From Candidatus Zixiibacteriota bacterium (GTDB taxonomy: Bacteria > Zixibacteria > MSB-5A5 > UBA10806), in NCBI GenBank assembly GCA_020344055.1, contig CP070813.1, positions 89,091-153,090 on the forward strand: DNA of 64,000 nucleotides, read 5' to 3'. The notes under the pieces are model-generated. The model had not been told where the DNA came from and searched no databases. It saw nothing but the letters and a program-made list of their open reading frames with translations. A program made the translations under genes and the position numbers. Each line of letters opens with the position of its first letter. The first letter of the stretch is position 1. Below are positions 1 to 8,468 of the stretch, one piece after another.

Positions 1-421
1 CATCGCCCTTGAACCTGATAACCACCGGTTCTTCCGAAAGCTGGTATTTAATGCCTTTATCGTCAATCAGGGTTATCTGGTAGGCGATCTTGCCGGCGGG
101 AGGCTGTTTAGGAATAACGGCCAGGAGATTATTCCCTTCGCGTTTCAGGCTGTCAACCTGCCAATCATCGTAGCTTTTTAGCCTGCGCCATCGCAACTCG
201 CCGGTTAGACGGTCGTTTTCCGCTAATATTTTAATAGCCGCATCTGAAGACGAGTAATTTGTTCTGAGGAGTTTATATTTAATTGTTTCGTCGCCGATCG
301 TAGTCGAACCACGAACGGGATATGTCGGCCCGGTCAAACGCTGATAGAGTGCCGAGCTAACGGTAATTACCACGGTCAGAAACCAGATCATCGCGGTTTG
401 TCTTTTTCGGGTTGCTGTCAT
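1..421 (-). CDS. Conserved hypothetical membrane protein, partial (runs off the window start)
   Basis: Manual translation from the ATG at 421 gives MTATRKRQTAMIWFLTVVITVSSALYQRLTGPTYPVRG...EEPVVIRFKGD. No stop before position 1, and there is an N-terminal hydrophobic helix. Absent from the ORF track because it is truncated. Confidence 0.75.
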   Translation of the reverse strand, partial: MTATRKRQTAMIWFLTVVITVSSALYQRLTGPTYPVRGSTTIGDETIKYKLLRTNYSSSDAAIKILAENDRLTGELRWRRLKSYDDWQVDSLKREGNNLLAVIPKQPPAGKIAYQITLIDDKGIKYQLSEEPVVIRFKGD

Positions 422-577
422 TATTTGAATTTGCCCTAAAAAATTCGTAGGTTCACGATTGAAATTAGCCAATTCTCCGTTTTCATGATGGTGCAAAGGT
501 ATTGAATGCCTTCGGAAAATTCAAGCGGATTAATTGAAGACTTGACGAAACTGCCTCAATTATTTGATTATTGAGTT

Positions 578-1126
578 ATGGAGGATCATATGGAGATAAA
601 ATTCCAGCAATTTGAGCCGTCGGAGATAAATTCACTGATCGATTTTTTGACATCCGATACCTGGCCGTTCCATATTTTTGAAAAGCCCGGACCGGAAAAA
701 ATAAGAGAGAATTTTAATAAAGGTCTATATGCCGACGAGGACAATCGCACTTTCTGGATTCTGTCGGAGAAGGGTGAACGAATCGGTATGGTAAGGCTCT
801 TCGATCTGACCATGTACTCGCCGATGTTTGATTTGAGGATTAAGAGCGCTTATCGGCGGAAGGGCCTGGGTGAAAAAGCGTTGAGGTGGCTGGTGGAGTA
901 TGTATTTAAAACCTGGCCGGAGAAGACGCGGTTGGACGGCGAAACGCGCAGGGATAATATTGCCATGAGAGGTCTTTTTCGAAAATGCGGATTTGTAAAA
1001 GAGGCCCATTACAGAAATGCGTGGCCGGACCAGTACGGGAATATCTATGACAGTGTCGGATACGGCATTTTGAAAGAGGACTGGGAACAGAATAAAATCA
1101 CCCCGGTGGATTGGGATGGCGAATAG
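578..1126 (+). CDS. GNAT N-acetyltransferase, RimJ/RimL family
   Basis: YRRKGLG acetyl-CoA motif and DNIAMRGLFRKCGFVKEAHYR, typical of the RimJ/RimL family. Confidence 0.85.
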   Translation: MEDHMEIKFQQFEPSEINSLIDFLTSDTWPFHIFEKPGPEKIRENFNKGLYADEDNRTFWILSEKGERIGMVRLFDLTMYSPMFDLRIKSAYRRKGLGEKALRWLVEYVFKTWPEKTRLDGETRRDNIAMRGLFRKCGFVKEAHYRNAWPDQYGNIYDSVGYGILKEDWEQNKITPVDWDGE

Positions 1127-1143
1127 GAATTTTCAAGGACGAT

Positions 1144-1272
1144 ATGCGAAAACGTATTAAAAGACCCAAACGCAGAATACCTCTTCCCAAAAAGACAGAA
1201 AAGGTCCACAGGGACAGATCCAGGTATTCCAGGAAAGACAAACATAAAAAAGACCCGGGCGATAGGGGATAG
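1144..1272 (+). CDS. Small basic protein (42 aa), ArfA-like candidate
   Basis: Manual translation MRKRIKRPKRRIPLPKKTEKVHRDRSRYSRKDKHKKDPGDRG*. AAGGA RBS at 1135-1139. 20 of 42 residues are K or R. Below the ORF-track size cutoff. Confidence 0.7.
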   Translation: MRKRIKRPKRRIPLPKKTEKVHRDRSRYSRKDKHKKDPGDRG

Positions 1273-1366
1273 ATTCGTTCTTTGATGTTCAAAAGCCGAT
1301 TATACAGCACCTGAAAATTCCTCCAGTTTATTGACTTTGTAATATTATTCGATTAATTAGAGTTCC

Positions 1367-1852
1367 ATGATAGATAAAGATAAAATCCTGATTGACTTCG
1401 CCAAGTTGTGGCTGGCCCATGACGGCTTATGGTTTCAGGCGGTGGAGAACGAGTTTGATCTTAAAACCGCCATAAAGCTCGATACCGAGGCCTGGCGTAA
1501 ATTCTCTCCCATAGAAGCCAGAAGAATTCTTGAGCGTTTGGAAAAGGAACCGGGCGGCGGGCTGGATCTGCTGGAGGAAGCGCTGGGGCAACGTTTGTAC
1601 GCCTTCATCAATAAGCAGAGGGCTGTTGAGAAAACCGACAAAAGGCTCGTTTTTGAGATGACCGCCTGCCGGGTGCAGGACGCCAGGCACAGAAGAGGAT
1701 TGCCGTCGTTTCCGTGCAAAGATGTCGGAATTGTGGAGTATTCGACCTTCGCGGAAACCATCGATCCCCGGATAAAAACCAGGTGCCTGAAATGCCCGCC
1801 GGATGAATACAACGGCGAGTACTGGTGCCGCTGGGAGTTTTCGATAGAATAG
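1367..1852 (+). CDS. DUF6125-like protein with Cys-rich C-terminus
   Basis: WLAHDGLWFQAVE motif plus CRVQ, FPCK, CLKCPP and CRWEF segments. Family recalled from memory. Confidence 0.7.
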   Translation: MIDKDKILIDFAKLWLAHDGLWFQAVENEFDLKTAIKLDTEAWRKFSPIEARRILERLEKEPGGGLDLLEEALGQRLYAFINKQRAVEKTDKRLVFEMTACRVQDARHRRGLPSFPCKDVGIVEYSTFAETIDPRIKTRCLKCPPDEYNGEYWCRWEFSIE

Positions 1853-1969
1853 CCTTCGCTGTCTATTTCCATCTTCGTCGCCCTTGAAAATTATCCTTGA
1901 CAGCCTTATGATACGGTATTTTTATGCGAAAAATCTTGCACGGATTAATTGCCGCTAAGGGAGACGTTT

Positions 1970-2149
1970 TTGGCCTACGAAATTAACGACGACTGTATCA
2001 TGTGCGACGCCTGCGTCCCGGAATGCCCGGAGGAGGCCATCACCGCGGCCGATCCCATATATATAATAGATCCCGATAAGTGTACCGATTGCGGCGACTG
2101 CGCGGAAGTCTGCCCCACCGAGGCCTGTATCCCGCTGGACGATGGTTAA
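1970..2149 (+). CDS. 2x[4Fe-4S] ferredoxin (59 aa)
   Basis: CIMCDACVPECP and CTDCGDCAEVCP motifs. TTG start at 1970 follows an AAGGGAG RBS, in frame with track ORF 1949..2149. Confidence 0.93.
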   Translation: MAYEINDDCIMCDACVPECPEEAITAADPIYIIDPDKCTDCGDCAEVCPTEACIPLDDG

Positions 2150-2270
2150 TTCGATAACCGAATAAAGAGCCTCCATAATCCTGATCATTGTTATCAGTTA
2201 TTTTTTGTTTTGTAAAAAAAATATATTATTTTAACATGTTTGCCGTGAAGTGGAGAGTGTGTGAGGAATC

Positions 2271-4145
2271 ATGATTCTAACGGGATTTTCGGGAATTAAC
2301 AAATCATATTCGGCTCGGCCCGTGCTCAAGAACGTCGCCGGTGTCGTCAAGAATGGCGACCGGATTGCCCTTCTGGGAGCAAACGGCACCGGAAAAACCA
2401 CACTCCTGGAAATTCTGGCGGGGAGGATTAACTCTGATTCCGGAAATATTGAAAAACCGAATGCCGTAAAACGGCAATACCTGCCGCAGGAGATAAAAAT
2501 CGACAATGGCGGCACGCTGTTCGAGTACGCCATGAGCGGTTTGAGCGAATTAATAAATCTGCGGGCCGCTATCGAGCATGCTCATGACAAATTGATGCTG
2601 ACAAAGGATGATCCCGGATTGCTTTCGGAACTGGGTGGCCTTCAGGAGAAATTCGAGGCGGCCGGAGGTTACGAAATGGAGACCAGAACCGGGTTGATTT
2701 TGACCGGCGTCGGATTCAAGCCTGAAGAGTTCCATATGGAGATGAATTCTCTGTCGGGAGGACAGAGGAATCGCGCTGCTCTTGCCAGAATCTTAATCAG
2801 CGCGCCCGATCTTTTGCTGCTTGACGAACCCACCAATCATCTCGACATCTCCGGCCTGGAATTCCTCGAGGAGTATCTGAAATCCTACGAAGGCGGTGTT
2901 ATTTTCGTATCTCACGACAGGACCTTCATCCAGAATACCGCGACGTTGATCTGGGAATTATCGGCGGGTAAACTGGATATCTATCAGGGAAGCTACGATT
3001 TCTATCTGGGCGAGAGGGAAAGACGTTTCATAGCGGGTTTGAAGGAGTACGAAGCGCAGAGAGAATTTATTAAAAAGACAGAGGATTTTATCAGCCGCAA
3101 TATCGCCGGGCAGAAAACCAAGCAGGCGCAGTCGCGCCGCAGGATGCTCGCCAGGCTGGAACGAGTTGATAAACCGTCCTCGGGGAAAACTATATCCCGG
3201 TTGGATTTTGGCAAAGCCGGAAGATCCACAAGGACGGTGGTGAAGTGCGAGAATCTCAACTTCTCCTATAACGATATGACTTTTTTAAGGGACATCGAAT
3301 TCGAAATAGAGAGGGGCGAAAAAGTGGGGCTTTTCGGTCCCAATGGATCGGGGAAAACCACAATTCTGAAACTTATTACCGGGCGGATAAGCCCCGATAA
3401 GGGCAGCCTTGAAATCGGCGGTAAGACATCAATAGGCTATTACGATCAGCTGGCGGAGGACCTCGATTATGCCTCCAACCCTCTGGAGACGATTCGCAAC
3501 GCTAAACCCGAGTGGATTGAGAGCCAGATCCGCGGTTTTCTGGGACGATTCTTGTTCAGCGGAGAGGATGTCTTAAGGCCGATAAAATCGTTTTCGGGCG
3601 GAGAGCGGTCGCGGTTGGCTATCGCAAAAATAATAGTCAACGAGCCCAATTTCCTGGTCCTCGACGAGCCGACGAACCATCTCGATATCAGGTCCCGGGA
3701 AGCTTTAGAAAACGCGCTGGCTAATTACGGGGGGGCGGTCTTCTGTGTTTCGCACGATAGATACTTTCTGGACAGCTTCGCCGAAAAAATATTCGCCATT
3801 GAGAACGGCACGGTGAAAATCTATTACGGTAATTACTCTTATTACAGGGAGAGAAAAGAAAAAGAGGCCGACAGGGTCAAACCGGAAAAAATAAAATCGG
3901 TTTCAGGTAAGCCCGCGAGGACCGAAAGGGCGCGAAGGGTTAATCCCCAGATATTGAATAAAATTGAAAATAAAATAGCGGCGCTGGAAGATAAAATAAT
4001 CGGTCTGGAAAATGAGATAGCCGGTCTCGAAGGATCATCCGACTGGCAGAAATTGGCCGCCATGCTGGAGATGCGGGATGAATATTACCGGGATCTCGAA
4101 TCTCTTCATCAAAAACTCGATGATTTGAAAAACGGCGATTCATAA
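2271..4145 (+). CDS. ABC-F family ATPase (ribosome-associated, Uup/YheS-like)
   Basis: Two ABC domains (GANGTGKTT and GPNGSGKTT; LSGGQ and FSGGE; two LDEPTNHLD), an inter-domain linker, a C-terminal coiled coil and no TM helices. Confidence 0.92.
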   Translation: MILTGFSGINKSYSARPVLKNVAGVVKNGDRIALLGANGTGKTTLLEILAGRINSDSGNIEKPNAVKRQYLPQEIKIDNGGTLFEYAMSGLSELINLRAAIEHAHDKLMLTKDDPGLLSELGGLQEKFEAAGGYEMETRTGLILTGVGFKPEEFHMEMNSLSGGQRNRAALARILISAPDLLLLDEPTNHLDISGLEFLEEYLKSYEGGVIFVSHDRTFIQNTATLIWELSAGKLDIYQGSYDFYLGERERRFIAGLKEYEAQREFIKKTEDFISRNIAGQKTKQAQSRRRMLARLERVDKPSSGKTISRLDFGKAGRSTRTVVKCENLNFSYNDMTFLRDIEFEIERGEKVGLFGPNGSGKTTILKLITGRISPDKGSLEIGGKTSIGYYDQLAEDLDYASNPLETIRNAKPEWIESQIRGFLGRFLFSGEDVLRPIKSFSGGERSRLAIAKIIVNEPNFLVLDEPTNHLDIRSREALENALANYGGAVFCVSHDRYFLDSFAEKIFAIENGTVKIYYGNYSYYRERKEKEADRVKPEKIKSVSGKPARTERARRVNPQILNKIENKIAALEDKIIGLENEIAGLEGSSDWQKLAAMLEMRDEYYRDLESLHQKLDDLKNGDS

Positions 4146-4231
4146 TTGAAAAAATATCTGGTTAATCGACGGAGATTATTGTATATGCGGGGTAAATGGG
4201 ATCAATATTTTAATGTGATAGAGGTGGAAAG

Positions 4232-5335
4232 ATGAAGGATCCGAGGATTGAGAAATACGCCGACGTTTTATTAAATTACTGTATCAAGTTGAAAAAAGAC
4301 CAGCTCGTTTGTCTCCGGGGTTCGTCTCTGGCGGAACCGTTAATCCTGGAACTGTATAAGGCGGCCCTTCTCAAAGGGGCTCATCCGTTCACGCGAATAT
4401 TGCTGCAGGGCCTGGAAGAGGTCTATTTTAAATATTCATCCGAAAGCCAATTGAAGTATATAACCCCCATCCAGAAATACGAGATGAACAATTCCGACGC
4501 CCTGGTGGCCATCATGTCGGACTTCAATACCAAGGAGCTGACCAATATCGATCCCCGGAAACACGCCGTGGCCCATAAGGCAGCCAGGCCGTTGATGCAG
4601 AAAACCATGAGGCGGGCGGCCCAGGGGACTTTTGCCTGGGTGGGATGCCTCTACCCGACCAACGCCGCCGCTCAGGATGCCGGCATGTCCCTTTCCGATT
4701 ATGAAGATTTCGTTTTTAAAGCCTGCCTGCTGGATAGAAAGGACCCTGTTGCCGAATGGCAAAAAATCTCAAAGTACAACGCGCGCTTGATAAAATACCT
4801 TTCCCGCAAAAGCGAGATTAGGATAGTCGCCCCCGATACCGATCTCACCTATAAAGTCAAAGGCAGGAGATGGATTAATTGCGATGGCAAAAACAATTTC
4901 CCCGACGGCGAAGTGTTCACCGCTCCCTGGGAAAACTCCGCCAGCGGACATATCCGTTTCACTTTTCCGGCGGTCTACAACGGTCACGAGGTCGAGGACG
5001 TCAGAATCGAGTTTAAAAACGGCAAAGCCATAAAAGCAACTGCCTCAAAAGGCGAGAATTTCCTGACCGCCATGCTCAACATGGATAAGGGTTCCCGGTA
5101 TCTGGGCGAGGTGGCCATCGGAACCAACTTCGGGATAAAAAATTTCACCAAGAATATCCTTTTCGATGAAAAGATCGGCGGCACCGTTCATATGGCCCTT
5201 GGTATGGCCTATCCCGAAACCGGCGGCAAAAACACCTCCGGCCTGCACTGGGATATGATCTGCGATCTCCGAAAAGACGGCGCCCTGTATGCCGACGGCC
5301 ATATGTTTTTCAAAAACGGCAAATTTCTGAAATAG
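4232..5335 (+). CDS. Aminopeptidase, M29 (aminopeptidase T/PepS) family
   Basis: PDGEVFTAP, GEVAIG, FDEKIGGTVHMALG and SGLHWDMI motifs. Confidence 0.92.
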   Translation: MKDPRIEKYADVLLNYCIKLKKDQLVCLRGSSLAEPLILELYKAALLKGAHPFTRILLQGLEEVYFKYSSESQLKYITPIQKYEMNNSDALVAIMSDFNTKELTNIDPRKHAVAHKAARPLMQKTMRRAAQGTFAWVGCLYPTNAAAQDAGMSLSDYEDFVFKACLLDRKDPVAEWQKISKYNARLIKYLSRKSEIRIVAPDTDLTYKVKGRRWINCDGKNNFPDGEVFTAPWENSASGHIRFTFPAVYNGHEVEDVRIEFKNGKAIKATASKGENFLTAMLNMDKGSRYLGEVAIGTNFGIKNFTKNILFDEKIGGTVHMALGMAYPETGGKNTSGLHWDMICDLRKDGALYADGHMFFKNGKFLK

Positions 5336-5517
5336 AAGGAATTATCGGTTTATTAGTTATTAGGTATAATTCAGTTTTGATTTATCCGGTACTATAGTTT
5401 AAAAATTATTTCAATTTAGTACCCCGCCCCCCGGCAACCGGTATCTCATATCCAGAGGCGGCCGGGAAATCTATCTCGATTCCGATCTAGGCTTTATAAA
5501 TGAATCCTGAAAACAGT

Positions 5518-6873
5518 TCATCCAACCTTTTTACCGGCGCTGGCGATAACCATATTTTCGGTGTCAAAATAGTCTTGCACAACGCGCTGTATATCGGCTG
5601 GAGTAACCTTTCTTATTTTTGATATATAATCGTCCTCGTAATCGTAGCCCACACCGAGGAATTCGTTCTTGCACATGTAATAGGCCTGGTTGATCCTCGA
5701 AGCCCTGGCCAGCAGCATGGAGCCCCAGGTGGAGTTCTGCGCCTTTTTCAGTTCTTCCTCTGTCGGGAGTTCGTTTTTCAGTTTGTTCATCTCGGCGATC
5801 ATTCCATCGCGGGCGATATCGTAGTTTTCGAAACCGGTGCCCATCGATGCAATCAGCCAGCCGAACTCCGGCATGAAGCTGACGCCCATACCCACGGAAT
5901 AAGCGAGCCCCTGCTTTTCGCGAAGGTTTTCCTTCATGCGGGACGATATAATCGATGCCGCCATGTCGATTGCGGGAGCGTCGGGCGATTTCAAACCGGG
6001 ACATAAACTTCCCAGATAAATATAAATCTGTTCTTTGTCCATTTCGTGGTTGACTTCCGCCCGTCCGCCCAGTTTCGCCGGCATCCCCAACGACGGATAA
6101 TCCTGGTTGCTTTTTTCCATTTTACCGAATGTCTCGTAGACCCAGCTTTTCACCGTATCGGGATCGACATTGGTCGCTATGGCCATAATCATGTTGTTGG
6201 GCGCGTAAAATCTCTTATGGTGATCTGCGAGATCCTCTCTGGTGAACCGCATTATGCTTCCCCGGTTCCCCATCACCGCTTTGGAGAACGGGAAATCGGC
6301 GAAAAGATTTTCGTAACACAGATCGCGTGCGTTCTGGTAAGTAGATCCGGATTTCATACCGAGGAGCCCCATTACTTTCTGCATTGTCTGCCCGATTTCA
6401 TCATCGGGGAAATCGGGTTTTGATACGATCCTGTAAAAAAGCTTCGTGCCGTCATAGGCATACTCGTCGATGGTTTCGAATTTGATAAATGAATAGGCGG
6501 TGCTTGTGTATCTGTCGTCATAGGGGATATAGGGATTATCGTTGGCGGTGATCTCCGCCCCGATATCGTCAAGGGAGTTCTGCACTTCGTTCGCGTCCAT
6601 TCCATCAGCGCCCTTAACCAGCATCCTGTTGACAAAATCGGTTATTCCGTCCTTGCCTTCGGGTTCCAGAAGGCTGCGATCTTTTCCCAGGATATTGATG
6701 GCGTAAACCCGGCTGTCGGGATTGTACTTTATTATCAGGTTCAATCCGTTCGGGAGCGTTTCATGTACAAATTTGTTATAGTCTTTTTCCCCCGCAGGCC
6801 CGGAGCAGAATAGCGATAACGCAAATAACGGGATCAGCCCCAGGGCAATTATAATTTTAAATGCGCTTCTCAT
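5518..6873 (-). CDS. M16 peptidase subunit lacking HxxEH (non-catalytic partner), exported
   Basis: M16 fold motifs RFYAPNNM and LREKQGLAYSV. DFVNRML replaces the zinc motif. Hydrophobic signal peptide with a possible lipoprotein Cys. Confidence 0.85.
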   Translation of the reverse strand: MRSAFKIIIALGLIPLFALSLFCSGPAGEKDYNKFVHETLPNGLNLIIKYNPDSRVYAINILGKDRSLLEPEGKDGITDFVNRMLVKGADGMDANEVQNSLDDIGAEITANDNPYIPYDDRYTSTAYSFIKFETIDEYAYDGTKLFYRIVSKPDFPDDEIGQTMQKVMGLLGMKSGSTYQNARDLCYENLFADFPFSKAVMGNRGSIMRFTREDLADHHKRFYAPNNMIMAIATNVDPDTVKSWVYETFGKMEKSNQDYPSLGMPAKLGGRAEVNHEMDKEQIYIYLGSLCPGLKSPDAPAIDMAASIISSRMKENLREKQGLAYSVGMGVSFMPEFGWLIASMGTGFENYDIARDGMIAEMNKLKNELPTEEELKKAQNSTWGSMLLARASRINQAYYMCKNEFLGVGYDYEDDYISKIRKVTPADIQRVVQDYFDTENMVIASAGKKVG

Positions 6874-6878
6874 TATCT

Positions 6879-8180
6879 CTACTCCTTTCCCGGGGCCAGG
6901 GCGCTGGCGATATATTGCGGTTCGGCGAAATATTTTTGCGCGGCGGCGCTGATATCGCCGGGCTTTACCTTGGATAAATTATCGATATAGCTTTCAAGGA
7001 ACTCGTATCCGCAGGTGGCCAGGTATGGCGCCTTCATTATGCCGTAATAATGCAGTTTCTCCTCGAGCTTGATTTCGTTTACCTTATTGGGTATCACCAC
7101 CCGCCTGATATCGGCCTCGCTGAATTCTGTACCGGCGGTCACCTTCAGCACATCGACCGTTTTTTGCACGATCTCCTCTATTTTATCGGGATTGTTTGTC
7201 CTGATGGAGATATCCATCATGGTGAATTCCGACTGGATATCGAGGGCTACCGAAACCGAGGTCGCCAGGGGCTTATCCCCGCCGGTAAGGGCGTCGCTTA
7301 ATGGCGATGCGTCGGAATCGATATACTGGGAAAGAACGTCATAAGCGAAAAACCCGCTGTCGCTATAAAGCGGACCGGGAAAGGAGATATCGATATATGT
7401 AACATTTGTCGGGAATCTCTTTATGTTAATCTTCGTACCGAACGGCGGTGAGATCGCGAATTCGTCAAGCCGCGGCTCCGGCCCTCGCTGAATCGTGCCG
7501 TAATATTTCGCCACCAGTTTTTTCATTTCGGGCGTCTCGAAATCGCCGCTTATAAAGGCGGTCATGTTGTTGGGGACGTAATATTCCCTGTAATATTTCA
7601 TGACCTCGTCGCGGGTAACGCTTCTTATGGTTTCCTCGAAACCGATCACCGGTCGCGCGTACGGCGTACCCTCGAATTTGACGGCGTTGAAGTAATCGTA
7701 GGCCACGTATCCGACGACGTCGTTGTCCTTTTTTATCTCCTCTGCTACGATGTCGCGCTCCTTGGGAAACTGGTCGGCGGGCAGGATGGAATTGAAGAGC
7801 TGGTCGGACTGGATGTCGAAACCCTGCTCTATAAATTCGCTGGGCATCACCACCAGGTAGCCGGTCATCTCCTGCCGGGTGAAAGCGTTGATATAGCCGC
7901 CGTAATCCCTAACTCCCTCGTTTATCTCTTTGCGGGTTTTGGTTTCGGTACCGTTGAAGAGCATATGCTCCAACAGATGAGTGAAACCGTTGTTCTGCTC
8001 GTTCTCGAACTTGCTTCCCGCTTTCACTATTATCACGGACGATACCAGCGGAGCGGCATGGTTTTCCTTAAGGATGACTTTCATGCCGTTACCAAGGGTG
8101 TAAAACGTAGTCTCTCCCGCAAGGGCAGAAACCGCCATCACCAGCAGACCAAGAAAGATAAAAATAGCAGATTTTATCAT
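6879..8180 (-). CDS. M16 zinc peptidase, catalytic subunit, exported
   Basis: Inverted zinc motif HLLEHMLF, then INAFT and YYVPNNM. Signal peptide ending in ALA. Confidence 0.9.
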   Translation of the reverse strand: MIKSAIFIFLGLLVMAVSALAGETTFYTLGNGMKVILKENHAAPLVSSVIIVKAGSKFENEQNNGFTHLLEHMLFNGTETKTRKEINEGVRDYGGYINAFTRQEMTGYLVVMPSEFIEQGFDIQSDQLFNSILPADQFPKERDIVAEEIKKDNDVVGYVAYDYFNAVKFEGTPYARPVIGFEETIRSVTRDEVMKYYREYYVPNNMTAFISGDFETPEMKKLVAKYYGTIQRGPEPRLDEFAISPPFGTKINIKRFPTNVTYIDISFPGPLYSDSGFFAYDVLSQYIDSDASPLSDALTGGDKPLATSVSVALDIQSEFTMMDISIRTNNPDKIEEIVQKTVDVLKVTAGTEFSEADIRRVVIPNKVNEIKLEEKLHYYGIMKAPYLATCGYEFLESYIDNLSKVKPGDISAAAQKYFAEPQYIASALAPGKE

Positions 8181-8468
8181 AATTCCTCCGTATCGGTTTT
8201 TTTCATAGTGGAGGATAGATAGAATTCCATATTGCTAAAGTCAAGGGGATAATTCCTTGCCTTGAGGTGGCAAAAAGATAGTCGGCAATGAGCTCCAGGA
8301 AACCGGCGCATTCATAATATCATAGCGTCATTTTTGCGGGAATAATCCTGAAGTTTAGCTGTATTGTTATTGGACGGCCGTCAAAACATAGCGCGTTATG
8401 CGGGGTCCGGGAGCGCTTCTTTCGCGTGAAACATGTAACATAATTGTGCTTTTAAGAGGGAGGCAAGC

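Noticed and set aside
1159-1254. Repeated AAAGAC hexamers as a regulatory DNA repeat
   Set aside because: Spacing is irregular and they are explained by Lys/Arg/Asp codons of the small basic ORF at 1144-1272.
5388-5470. Inverted repeats GGTACTA/TAGTACC and CCCGCC/GGCGGG between convergent genes
   Set aside because: The stems are short with long loops and are not repeated elsewhere in the window; they could arise by chance.
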